DNA from: Gammaproteobacteria bacterium
GTDB taxonomy: Bacteria > Pseudomonadota > Gammaproteobacteria > UBA4575
Length of the DNA: 64,000 bases
Reading direction: 5' to 3'
Assembly (NCBI GenBank): GCA_029253965.1
Contig: JAQWYM010000004.1
Location: forward strand, 44,546-108,545
Below the pieces are notes generated by a model. The model worked only from the letters and a program-made list of their open reading frames with translations. It was not told the DNA's origin and did not search any database. This document shows positions 49,087-58,355 of the stretch, in pieces (the stretch's first letter is position 1; each line of letters starts with the position of its first letter). The position numbers and the translations under genes are program-made.

Positions 49087-49407
49087 TTAGCAATCCACAT
49101 AATACTTAATCACACATGCCTCTGCTAATTCTTTAGATTGACTTATTTCTTTTTCACTCATTTTTTCTTCCAGTGCCTGCATGCTTTTTTTCGCCTTCTC
49201 AAAGCCTTGAGAGGCAGAAAACTGTAACCACATATGAGCGTACTGATTGCTAGCCTCAACTTCAATTCCATTAGCATATTGCATGCCTAACTTATATTGA
49301 GCTGATGCATGTCCTTGTTCAGCGTCTAACTCTACTTTTGTCTTGCAGCCTAATAGCGTCATCGTTATCAGTGTTATAGCTACTGAAATTAATATGTTAT
49401 TTCGCAT
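49087..49407 (-). CDS. Sel1-repeat (TPR-like) lipoprotein
   Basis: Lipobox TLLGCK and a Sel1-like repeat GHASAQYKLGMQYANG. 106 aa. Confidence 0.6.
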   Translation of the reverse strand: MRNNILISVAITLITMTLLGCKTKVELDAEQGHASAQYKLGMQYANGIEVEASNQYAHMWLQFSASQGFEKAKKSMQALEEKMSEKEISQSKELAEACVIKYYVDC

Positions 49408-49748
49408 ACAGTTTACCTTTAGCTAATAAATTGACTTTTTACAGTACAGTAACTAGTTAAAATATGCGAATATCTAATATGTAAATAATACTCATTACGG
49501 ATTAAATCAGTATATGTAATGCGTAGTAACTAATATGACTTGCTCACTTTGATTTACGGGGTACTCGTTACAGCCTATGTTTCGTTGTGAGTAATCCTAA
49601 TGATTGTACTGTTGAAATCACTCATTGATTATGCCCATGAGTATTCTTTCACTGTTGTTACTCGTGTTTTTACAGTACTGTGTTTTTCCCCTTGGTTTTC
49701 TTATTAGGCTTGAAATGCCCAAGGGATCTGGAACTACTTAATTACTTT

Positions 49749-51116
49749 ATGTTTTATACATTAATACTGTCAGTTTGCCTTATAACGGCTCTATTATTCA
49801 TATTGACGCCTGCATTTACTAACAACAAAGGCTTCTATCAAGGGCACTCTAGAAACGGTGCACCTCCCAGCTTAATGACTTTAGTATTCTCACAGGTGAC
49901 CACCTGGATTTTTGCAAGGTCTTTAATGAATGCGGCTATTTTGGGCTTTTATTATGGTCTCTGGGGCGTGCTTGCCTATGCTACTTATTACCTTTCTTTC
50001 TTAACTGGCGGTCTTATAGTCGACAAGCTTCGGTTTTCTTTAGGCTATGCTGATATTCAATCATTTTTTAACGATTGCTATGGTCGTTATGGCACTATCT
50101 GTTATAACTTTCTGATAGTTATAAGATTAATTAGTGAGATCTTTGCAAATTTGATCGTAATTGGTCTGATATTCGGTGTTTATGGTAGTCAAACCTATTT
50201 TACTGCTATTGCCTTGTTATCTGTGATTGTGTTGTTTTATTCAATGAAAGGTGGGCTTAGTGCAGCACTTAAGACTGACCTCGTACAAATGTCACTATTC
50301 CTGATTATGTTGGCTGTTCTATCCATTAGCATGCTTATTAATCAGCATTTCGATGCAGCTGTAATATTCAATTTCAGCTTTCACATTTCACAGCCTGGCC
50401 CTATTTTACTTTTTGTTGCCTTGTTACAGGTGTGGAGTTATCCCTTACATGACCCAGTGATGATGGATCGTGGTTTTCTGGCTGATAGAAAAACAACGCA
50501 ACGTAGTTTCTACCATGCGGCTTGGATTAGTATCCTCTGCATCATAAGTTTTGGACTGTTGGGTGTGTTTGCTGGCAGTAATGCTGTTGCCGATGAAAGT
50601 TTAAATCAGGCGTTGAGTCGTTTAATTGGGCCTGAAACGTTCTGGGTGCTTAATGCAGCGCTAATTATCTCTGCTATGTCGACTCTAGATAGTTCATTAG
50701 CCAGCGCAGCAAAACTGCTAGTTATCAATATGCGTATATGTCGACCTTCGATCAATAATGGCCGCTGGGTAATGTTTATATTTATGCTCGCAGCACTTGC
50801 TTTTATTGTATACGGTGACCGTGATTTATTTAGTGCAGTCGCAGTGAGTGGCACAGCATCATTGTTCCTTGTGCCCGTCATCTTTTTCAATCTTTTTGCT
50901 GGACGTAGAGATATTCCACTATGGAGTTTTCTAGCGAGTTTCTTAATTGCAATTATTGGAGCAGCGCTGTACTTCACTGAGTCTTCATCTTATAGCAGCT
51001 TGTTAGGTGAGGTGCATAAATACACGAAGCTGCTATATATTTGTCTTATTGTAATAGGCTCAAGCATGACCCTATTTTATGTGGGTGGTTTATCTAGACA
51101 GATCATTAAGAGATGA
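49749..51116 (+). CDS. Polytopic membrane transporter, sodium:solute symporter-like
   Basis: About 455 aa with about 12 hydrophobic segments. Weak resemblance to the SSS family near QVTTWIFARSLMNAA. ATG at 49749 preferred over GTG at 49680. Confidence 0.55.
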   Translation: MFYTLILSVCLITALLFILTPAFTNNKGFYQGHSRNGAPPSLMTLVFSQVTTWIFARSLMNAAILGFYYGLWGVLAYATYYLSFLTGGLIVDKLRFSLGYADIQSFFNDCYGRYGTICYNFLIVIRLISEIFANLIVIGLIFGVYGSQTYFTAIALLSVIVLFYSMKGGLSAALKTDLVQMSLFLIMLAVLSISMLINQHFDAAVIFNFSFHISQPGPILLFVALLQVWSYPLHDPVMMDRGFLADRKTTQRSFYHAAWISILCIISFGLLGVFAGSNAVADESLNQALSRLIGPETFWVLNAALIISAMSTLDSSLASAAKLLVINMRICRPSINNGRWVMFIFMLAALAFIVYGDRDLFSAVAVSGTASLFLVPVIFFNLFAGRRDIPLWSFLASFLIAIIGAALYFTESSSYSSLLGEVHKYTKLLYICLIVIGSSMTLFYVGGLSRQIIKR

Positions 51117-51135
51117 TAGCCTAGGCATGTATTAC

Positions 51136-52110
51136 CTAGGCCTTGCTTTCCTTGTTATTGTCTGTTCGCTTGAACAGCAACTCTGAACTATCACTCTTAA
51201 TATGCAGGTCACGTTGTGGGAAGGGTATTTCAATACCTGCTTCGCTTAATGCCGTTTCAATCTCCCACATATACATCGCATTCCATGAGCCTGGTCTGGT
51301 GCTATCATTTTTTGGATTGAGCCAGATGACTAATTCAAAGTCTAGGCTATTATCACCAAAGCCTACTAGCCATACCTGTGGTCTACGTTTATCACCGTCA
51401 TCATAAGTAATATCAAGATTACGCGAGGCTGCTAAGACAACATTTCTAACCTGTTCTTTGTCTGTACCATAGGCAACACCAAAGGGTATGTGAATGCGAA
51501 CAATGGACTCATTTAAGGTGTAGTTGGTTACCTTGGTTGATATCAGCTCAGAGTTTGGGACAATGATATCAAGATTGTCAGGTGTGGTGACAATGGTGCT
51601 ACGAACATTGATGTCTTTGACTGTGCCACGTAAGCCGCTGTCTAGTTCTATAAAGTCTCCAACTTTGACATTATGTTCAAACAGAATAATGATCCCAGAA
51701 ACAAAATTATTAACCACTGACTGTAAGCCGAAGCCAACGCCTACACTTAATGCACCAGCGACTATGGCGAGGTTGGTAAAGTTAATGCCAACTGAACTTA
51801 AGGCAGTCACTAAGCCAACAATAATAATGATGTAAAATAATACCCGGATAATGGTATAAACCGCAGGGGGCACTTTACCGTTAGCTGCGGTGTTAAGGCG
51901 AAGAAATAAGGTTTGTGTATATCGGGCAATGAGAATGGTAATGGCCATAATCAGTATGCCTTGTAACAAACTAACTGAAGTTACAGCACTATCTCCAATC
52001 GTAAAAAACTCATAAAAGAGTAGATCAGAGAGTATCTTCCCAATACCATGGTCTAACCATGTGAGGTCTATGCTGCTAGTAGGTAGATTGATGTTGAGAT
52101 CGCTTAGCAA
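51136..52110 (-). CDS. Mechanosensitive ion channel family protein (MscS-like)
   Basis: Three N-terminal TM helices followed by the MscS beta domain (VKVGDFIELDSGLRGTVKDINVRSTIVTTPDN). Confidence 0.85.
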   Translation of the reverse strand: MLSDLNINLPTSSIDLTWLDHGIGKILSDLLFYEFFTIGDSAVTSVSLLQGILIMAITILIARYTQTLFLRLNTAANGKVPPAVYTIIRVLFYIIIIVGLVTALSSVGINFTNLAIVAGALSVGVGFGLQSVVNNFVSGIIILFEHNVKVGDFIELDSGLRGTVKDINVRSTIVTTPDNLDIIVPNSELISTKVTNYTLNESIVRIHIPFGVAYGTDKEQVRNVVLAASRNLDITYDDGDKRRPQVWLVGFGDNSLDFELVIWLNPKNDSTRPGSWNAMYMWEIETALSEAGIEIPFPQRDLHIKSDSSELLFKRTDNNKESKA

Positions 52111-52195
52111 TTAATTCACGCAATAGATGATGACTGACATGTTTATTCTAGAGATCTAAGACCGTGCTGTATATTTAAATCAAAGCCCATTGACA

Positions 52196-52876
52196 CTATT
52201 TCTTATTCAGGTAGGTGAGGCGATTGCTGAAATCATCGTGCCAGACTTTAGAAAGGGTATCGCATTGTAGTATTGATTCTAGATCCGCTCGACGTAGGCC
52301 ACGCGCGTAGAATAAGTCATTGCAGCGGCTAACTGTCCATTGACTACAGCCCGAGGCAATTTTTTCTAATGCCATGCCAGCAGCAATCTCACCTTCTTCT
52401 AAGACACGAAGATACCAACCAGTATAGCCAGTCATGACCATCCACTGGGGTAGCTTCTTTTGCTCAAACTTATGTCCTAGTTTCCAACAGGGTTGGCGAG
52501 GTTGAGTGACCTGTAATATGACAGTGCCGCACTGAAAGGTATCACCAATGAGAATGTTTTTTTCATCACAGCCACTAAGACAAAGGTTTTCGCCCAATGC
52601 ACCCTGTGGGTTCTCTGGGAGCGCTATGCGCTGTCGCCGGAAAAGGCCAACGCGTTGTTGCCAATAAGCATAATGCTGTTGTGGGTAGGCATAGACAGCC
52701 TTGTCTACACCACCATGAACAGTTAAGTCGGATTGTTGATCACCAACAAGGTTTTCATGGTTAAGACGTATAGATCCTTGCACTAAGGATTTTTCAATTG
52801 ATGAGAGTATATCGCCTTGAAATGCTTTTGGTTTGCCAACATGAATGCTTTCAATCTTCATCTGCTTATCAATCAA
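52196..52876 (-). CDS. MOSC domain-containing protein (YiiM-like)
   Basis: 226 aa with GDQQSDLTVHGG, GENL and the conserved PRQPCWKL cysteine region. Confidence 0.8.
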   Translation of the reverse strand: MIDKQMKIESIHVGKPKAFQGDILSSIEKSLVQGSIRLNHENLVGDQQSDLTVHGGVDKAVYAYPQQHYAYWQQRVGLFRRQRIALPENPQGALGENLCLSGCDEKNILIGDTFQCGTVILQVTQPRQPCWKLGHKFEQKKLPQWMVMTGYTGWYLRVLEEGEIAAGMALEKIASGCSQWTVSRCNDLFYARGLRRADLESILQCDTLSKVWHDDFSNRLTYLNKK

Positions 52877-53016
52877 TCTATGAAATACTACTCTAGCTTA
52901 GCTGTTGGTAGCTAAAATGTATAAGTTTTATGCTTGCTCTAAAGAATTTGTATATGGCAATAAAATTATACAATCTTTAGTGTGCTGGCACACTTATCCA
53001 AACTAATGAGTGTTAA

Positions 53017-53940
53017 TTATCTAGCTGCGATAGTTTTTTTTCTTGAGTTAATAATACTTGTTGTGATGACCTCTGCTAAAAGGTTGAATTCTTTTTTCCG
53101 CGCACTAGATTTACGCCAGGCTAATGCAATATCACGGAATGCATTGCTCCCCATTTTATGAGATACGACCGAGGTGCCCTGAATTATATTTGCATCCAAA
53201 GAAAGTTCAGGAACAAAACTGATACCTAAGTCACAATCCACCATTTTTATGAGATTGTATAAGCAGCTGGCTGAATGTCTACGTTTAGGGTTTTTATACG
53301 TTATATTACAGCTAGTCATAATATGCTCTCGTAAACAATGCCCATCTTCCAAGAGCAAAACATGTTGTTCATTGAGGTTCTCTAATTGAATGTGATTTGT
53401 TTCAATGAGACGCGTATTTTTATGATGGATCATATAAAAGTGATCTTGAAACAAAGGTAAGGTCTCTACATTGCAGAGTTCAGTAGGCAGTGCCAGTATC
53501 AATAGATCTAGCTCACCATCAAGTAAGGCGCTATGAATAACATCAGTTTTTTCTTCTTTAATATGCAAATCAAGGTTGGGAAATTGACTACCAATATCTC
53601 TTAGCACATGCGGTAATAGAAAAGGTGAGACGGTAGGGATAATGCCAACTTTTAATGTTCCCGACAAAACCTCCTGAAAGCTCCTAGTGATATCCATCAG
53701 TGCTTCAATATCAAATAATGCAAGGCGCGCCTGAGAAACCAAGCTAGTGCCCACATTAGTAAATACAGCGCTACGACTCGTTCTGTCTACCAGAGACACA
53801 TTGAGTAAGGATTCCAGGTTTTTGATTGCAAGACTGAATGCCGATTGGGAGACATGGCAGGCCTGAGCTGCCTGACCAAAATGCAAGTGTCGCTCTAGGG
53901 CGATCAAGTATCGTAACTGCTTTAGTGTAGGATAAGCCAA
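53017..53940 (-). CDS. LysR-family transcriptional regulator, OxyR-like
   Basis: N-terminal wHTH (LRYLIALERHLHFGQAAQACHVSQSAFS). EDGHCLREHIMTSC reproduces the OxyR GHCLRDQAMGFC redox pair, with cysteines 9 residues apart. Confidence 0.75.
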   Translation of the reverse strand: MAYPTLKQLRYLIALERHLHFGQAAQACHVSQSAFSLAIKNLESLLNVSLVDRTSRSAVFTNVGTSLVSQARLALFDIEALMDITRSFQEVLSGTLKVGIIPTVSPFLLPHVLRDIGSQFPNLDLHIKEEKTDVIHSALLDGELDLLILALPTELCNVETLPLFQDHFYMIHHKNTRLIETNHIQLENLNEQHVLLLEDGHCLREHIMTSCNITYKNPKRRHSASCLYNLIKMVDCDLGISFVPELSLDANIIQGTSVVSHKMGSNAFRDIALAWRKSSARKKEFNLLAEVITTSIINSRKKTIAAR

Positions 53941-53977
53941 TTATTTAGTTTCTGATATAATTAATTATATCTACTTA

Positions 53978-53995
53978 TATCAATAGTCATTGATA
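53978..53995. promoter_or_regulatory. Perfect 7-bp-arm palindrome upstream of the OxyR-like gene (candidate LysR-type operator)
   Basis: TATCAAT-AGTC-ATTGATA, 38-55 nt upstream of the regulator's ATG. Confidence 0.4.
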
Positions 53996-54052
53996 ATTGC
54001 TATGACATTTTGCCAAAATTATTATCTATTTTATATTTGTAACAAGAAGTGC

Positions 54053-54427
54053 TTATTTTGTCTTATTTAATATGACTAGGCTGATTAGTACTGCCATAGA
54101 TGAAAGGCTGATATATGCCCACAACGTATTTAGTAAGGCCATAGACAGTATTAGAGAAAGCCAAACAAAAAGAATAGCTCTGTAGGCTGTTACAGTGGGC
54201 AGTGGTACGCCGTTCTGAAAGCTCTTTATGAGTGGTCCAAAAGAAGGGTGTTGTAACAGCCAGCGATGAAAGCGTGGTGAAGAACGAGCAAAACAAGTTG
54301 CTGTTAATAGTATAAAGGGTGTGGTTGGCAATAGTGGTAGAACAATACCCACTATACCCAAAAGCAGCGATAGGAAGCCTACTGAAATTAATAGTGCATG
54401 CTTTGTCTTAGTACTGAGTCGGCTCAT
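54053..54427 (-). CDS. YbaN family inner-membrane protein (DUF454)
   Basis: 124 aa. The LPTTPFILLTATCFARSSPRFHRWL motif is typical of DUF454. Confidence 0.8.
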   Translation of the reverse strand: MSRLSTKTKHALLISVGFLSLLLGIVGIVLPLLPTTPFILLTATCFARSSPRFHRWLLQHPSFGPLIKSFQNGVPLPTVTAYRAILFVWLSLILSMALLNTLWAYISLSSMAVLISLVILNKTK

Positions 54428-54439
54428 TATATAAAGGGT

Positions 54440-54748
54440 TTATGTATTTTCTGTGGTAACGACGAGCTTGTGTTGCTCTAGCGTGCCTGTCTGACTAAAG
54501 GCCTCTTTAGACATTGGGTTCTTGTGTGCAAGTTTAAAATCCTCACTACCAACCCAGTTTCGAAAAGCAGCTTCATCCTGCCATTCAGTTAATACAATAT
54601 AGGGTGTAGCTTCACTCTCCGGACGTAAAACCTGCATACGCAGAAAACCTGTCTGCTTTTCTATTTCTCCAGCACGAACAATAAAGCGTTGTTCAAATTC
54701 ATCTGCGCTCTCTGGTTTTACGTATACTCGATTACTGACTATGTGCAT
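54440..54748 (-). CDS. Antibiotic-biosynthesis-monooxygenase (ABM) domain protein
   Basis: 102 aa, ferredoxin-like ABM pattern (FEQRF...GFLRMQVLRP...YIVLTEWQDEAAFRNW). Confidence 0.72.
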   Translation of the reverse strand: MHIVSNRVYVKPESADEFEQRFIVRAGEIEKQTGFLRMQVLRPESEATPYIVLTEWQDEAAFRNWVGSEDFKLAHKNPMSKEAFSQTGTLEQHKLVVTTENT

Positions 54749-54928
54749 GGCAAATCACCTTTTGGTCTTATGTTAGGGTTAATTAGTGTCGCAAAGCTAA
54801 GCGAATAGCTCCAGCACTTGTTTGCCTTTAGTGCCTGAAATAGACTAAAGGTTCGTAATGCATGCAAAGATACAACATGCTCTAGTATTAACTGGCCTTA
54901 TCTTCCCACAAGTGCTCTCAGATTTGAT

Positions 54929-57900
54929 ATGACTACTCCATCCTGTTCGCTATTAACTGACCGACGCTTTCTCCCCTTATTCTGTGTCCAATTTCTCGGT
55001 GCATTTAACGATAATATCTTTCGTTTTGCCCTGTTAACATTGATTACCTACGAGTTTAGTCAGACGCAAGGCTTCAATCCAGCCAGCTTGAGTATGTTCG
55101 CTGCGGGCCTCTTTATTTTACCCTTCCTCTTGTTCTCGGCGACAGCGGGGCTATTGGCTGATCGCTATTCAAAGACCTTATGTATTCGACATATAAAGTT
55201 CTTTGAGTTGCTTATTATGCTACTTGCAGCCTGGGCATTAAATCAACAGTGGTGGTATTTACTGTTTTTCTGCTTGGCATTAACCGGTCTGCAGTCAGCA
55301 CTATTTGGACCAGTCAAATATGCAATTTTGCCGCAGTTATTATCAGCACAAGAATTACTCGCTGGTAATGCGTGGGTCACAGCCGGCACGTTTATCTCAG
55401 TGCTTATGGGGACTATGCTTGGTGGCCTCTTAGTGATGACTGATAGTGGCCGCCTATGGGTGTCTATAGCCCTCTGTACGGTTGCTTTATTCGGTTATTG
55501 TGCGAGTTTCTTGATACCTAAAACGAGAGCTGCAAACGATCAGACAAGGCTATCCTTTAATATTTTTACGAGTACGGCACGAGTCATCAGTAACGGTTTT
55601 GCAAATACTGAGATTCGTCGAGTGATGCTGGCAATCTCATGTTTTTGGTTATTTGCCTATGTTATTCAAAGTCAGTTGGCGCCGATGTGTTTACATTTGT
55701 TAGCTGCAGATGAAAGTGTAACGGTGTTATTTTTAACCTTATTTACTATCGGTATTGCTAGTGGCTGCTTGCTCTGTAATCGATGGCTGAAAGGCAAGCT
55801 TAGCTTGCGTTGGGTCCCCTTAGCAGCTGCCGCCATGTCGATATTTTGTTTCGATCTCTATTTTTTCGTTAGCGGTTATGAGAAAACAACAGGTTCCCTA
55901 TTAGCGTGGCGCTATGTTCTTATTGAGCCAATATATTGGCGTTTGATCTTAGATATATTCTTTATTGCAGTAGCGGCTGGATTTTATATTGTGCCACTGT
56001 ATAGCCACCTACAATCTAATGTTGATGAAGGTGTGCGTGCACAGGTTATGGCAGCCAATAATATTCTCAATGCGCTGTTTATGGTAACCGCCTCTATTGT
56101 TATTGTGATCGCATTATCCAGCGGTTTGGACTTGGCAGCCATTTTCTTTTTTCTGGGCTTATTTAACTTGATCGGCATGCTTATTATGATTAAAAATATA
56201 CGCAGTCTCTTAACCGCATTAGATCGCTTATTGCTACGTCTATTCTTTCGATATGAAGTGCGAGGTTTAGAGCATTATCCAAAGGATGATACGCCGACAG
56301 TTATTATTGCTAACCATGTTTCATTATTAGATGGGCCATTGCTGGTTGCCGCCTTACCCGAGCTACCTGTTTTTGCAATTAATCGAGAGGTGAATCAGAA
56401 ATGGTGGGTGAGTTTGTTCACCCGTTATTATGAGATGTTCCCATTAGATTCAGTTAAGCCGATGGCGATTAAGAGCCTCATCAAGATGCTACGTCAGGGG
56501 CGTAAGGTGGTTATATTCCCAGAAGGTAGAATCAGTAATACAGATCATCTAATGAAGCTCTATGATGGTCCCGGAAAAATTGCAGATATCGCTGGGGCAC
56601 AACTGTTACCAGTGCGTATTGATGGTGCGCAATACACCACATTCGGTCATTTACGAGGGGTCAAAAAGTTACGCTGGTTTAATAAAGTGACAGTGACTAT
56701 TTGTAAACCACAAGCCTTGAATATTGCAGCTGATCTACAGGCAAAGTTAAGACTCATAAGATTGCGTGATCGTGTCTACGAAGTGATGACTGAGATGATG
56801 TTGCAAACCTCAGTGCCAAAACAAACCTTATTTCAAAGCCTGCAATGTTCAGTGCGCAAGAATGGTGCTAGTTATCCGATTCTAGAAGACATTAACCACC
56901 ACAGCATCACCTTGGGTAAGACGCAGTTAGCAAGCTTAGTCTTAGCTAATGCCTTACGCTCATCGCTGCAAGAGAAACAGCCCGTCGGAGTATTACTACC
57001 CAATACCATTCCTACAGCCGTCTGCTTTTATGCGTTGCAGGCTCAGGGCAGAGTGGCAGCGATGCTTAATTTTTCAGCAGGTCGTGCTGCCTTGCGTGCC
57101 GCCATCGAAACCGCAGAGATTAAACAGGTGATTACTTCAAAGCGATTTATCGCATTGGCTGAACTCGATGAGTTGATAGTCGGTATTGAAGACTTGGTTG
57201 ATATTGTTTATTTAGAAGAGGTTAAGGACTCGATTAGTCTTTGGCATAAGCTGGCTGGATTAATCACTGCTACCACAGGTCTTGGTTTGCAGCGAGATCA
57301 AGGTGATTGCCATGCAGCAGCAGTTATTCTATTTACCTCAGGTTCTGAGGGTATGCCGAAGGCTGTTGTCCTCAGTCATCATAATCTGCTGTCTAATCAG
57401 GCGCAGGTTAATACAGTCATGGATTTTGTGCCGCAAGACTGTTTCTTTAATGCCCTGCCATTATTTCATTCGTTTGGTTTAGGCGTAGGCTTGATTCTAC
57501 CTGTGGTCAGTGGCATTCGAACATTTCTTTACCCAACGCCACTACACTTTAAACAGATCCCTGATATGGTTTATGACACGCAAGCAACGGTCATTTTTGG
57601 AACAGATACTTTTTTATCAAGCTATGCAAAACATGCGGCAGCAGAGGACTTTAAATCACTGCGCTATGTTATTGCTGGTGCGGAAAAGCTTAAGGCGAGT
57701 ACACGCGACCTGTGGTTAAAGAATCATGGAAAGCGAATTCATGAAGGTTATGGCCTAACTGAGACTTCTCCAGCACTAAGTATTAATACGGATAGCTATG
57801 GGAAAGAGGGCAGTGTCGGGAAATTTCTTCCAGGGGTGGAATATCGCTTAGAAAAAGTAGCTGGCATAGAGCAGGGGCAACGGCTCTGGGTGCGTGGTGC

Positions 57901-58342
57901 TAATGTGATGTTAGGTTATATGAAGCATGAGTCTCCAGCAGTGCTGCAAGCACCGGTCGCAGGCTGGCACGATAGTGGTGACATTGTCTCGATTGATGCT
58001 GAGGGTTTTTTACATATTGTTGGTCGTGCTAAACGTTTTGCTAAAATAGCGGGGGAAATGATTTCCCTAGCACAGTTAGAACAATGGCTGGCACAAGCGC
58101 TGCCGGAGTCTGAGCATTGTTTAATGGCTGTTGAAGATGAGCGTAAAGGTGAAAGGCTGGTCTTGCTGACCACGGCTGTTGGATTACAGCGACAGCAGTT
58201 ACAGGCAATTATTCAATCCTTCGGTGGTTCTGAGCTGATGCTGCCAAGATCAATCATACAGCAGGATAATTTACCACTGCTCGGTAGTGGCAAGTTCGAT
58301 TATGCAACAATGCAAAAGATGGCTGAAGCAGTAACACGCTAA
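54929..58342 (+). CDS. aas: Triple-fusion lysophospholipid transporter (MFS, LplT-like) / 2-acyl-GPE acyltransferase / acyl-ACP synthetase (Aas-like)
   Basis: 1137 aa. An N-terminal region of about 430 aa is a polytopic MFS. The middle is a PlsC-type acyltransferase (NHVSLLD, FPEGR). The C-terminus is an adenylate-forming domain (TSGSEGMPKAV, GYGLTETSP). Confidence 0.85.
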   Translation: MTTPSCSLLTDRRFLPLFCVQFLGAFNDNIFRFALLTLITYEFSQTQGFNPASLSMFAAGLFILPFLLFSATAGLLADRYSKTLCIRHIKFFELLIMLLAAWALNQQWWYLLFFCLALTGLQSALFGPVKYAILPQLLSAQELLAGNAWVTAGTFISVLMGTMLGGLLVMTDSGRLWVSIALCTVALFGYCASFLIPKTRAANDQTRLSFNIFTSTARVISNGFANTEIRRVMLAISCFWLFAYVIQSQLAPMCLHLLAADESVTVLFLTLFTIGIASGCLLCNRWLKGKLSLRWVPLAAAAMSIFCFDLYFFVSGYEKTTGSLLAWRYVLIEPIYWRLILDIFFIAVAAGFYIVPLYSHLQSNVDEGVRAQVMAANNILNALFMVTASIVIVIALSSGLDLAAIFFFLGLFNLIGMLIMIKNIRSLLTALDRLLLRLFFRYEVRGLEHYPKDDTPTVIIANHVSLLDGPLLVAALPELPVFAINREVNQKWWVSLFTRYYEMFPLDSVKPMAIKSLIKMLRQGRKVVIFPEGRISNTDHLMKLYDGPGKIADIAGAQLLPVRIDGAQYTTFGHLRGVKKLRWFNKVTVTICKPQALNIAADLQAKLRLIRLRDRVYEVMTEMMLQTSVPKQTLFQSLQCSVRKNGASYPILEDINHHSITLGKTQLASLVLANALRSSLQEKQPVGVLLPNTIPTAVCFYALQAQGRVAAMLNFSAGRAALRAAIETAEIKQVITSKRFIALAELDELIVGIEDLVDIVYLEEVKDSISLWHKLAGLITATTGLGLQRDQGDCHAAAVILFTSGSEGMPKAVVLSHHNLLSNQAQVNTVMDFVPQDCFFNALPLFHSFGLGVGLILPVVSGIRTFLYPTPLHFKQIPDMVYDTQATVIFGTDTFLSSYAKHAAAEDFKSLRYVIAGAEKLKASTRDLWLKNHGKRIHEGYGLTETSPALSINTDSYGKEGSVGKFLPGVEYRLEKVAGIEQGQRLWVRGANVMLGYMKHESPAVLQAPVAGWHDSGDIVSIDAEGFLHIVGRAKRFAKIAGEMISLAQLEQWLAQALPESEHCLMAVEDERKGERLVLLTTAVGLQRQQLQAIIQSFGGSELMLPRSIIQQDNLPLLGSGKFDYATMQKMAEAVTR

Positions 58343-58355
58343 GAGGCGGCTCAGT

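Noticed and set aside
49436-49678. 12-mer TTTTTACAGTAC present twice, 231 bp apart; the second copy is part of the palindrome ACAGTACTGT just upstream of the transporter gene
   Set aside because: Hundreds of 11- to 12-mer coincidences are expected in 64 kb of AT-rich sequence. The first copy is not palindromic. There is not enough evidence for an operator or terminal repeats.
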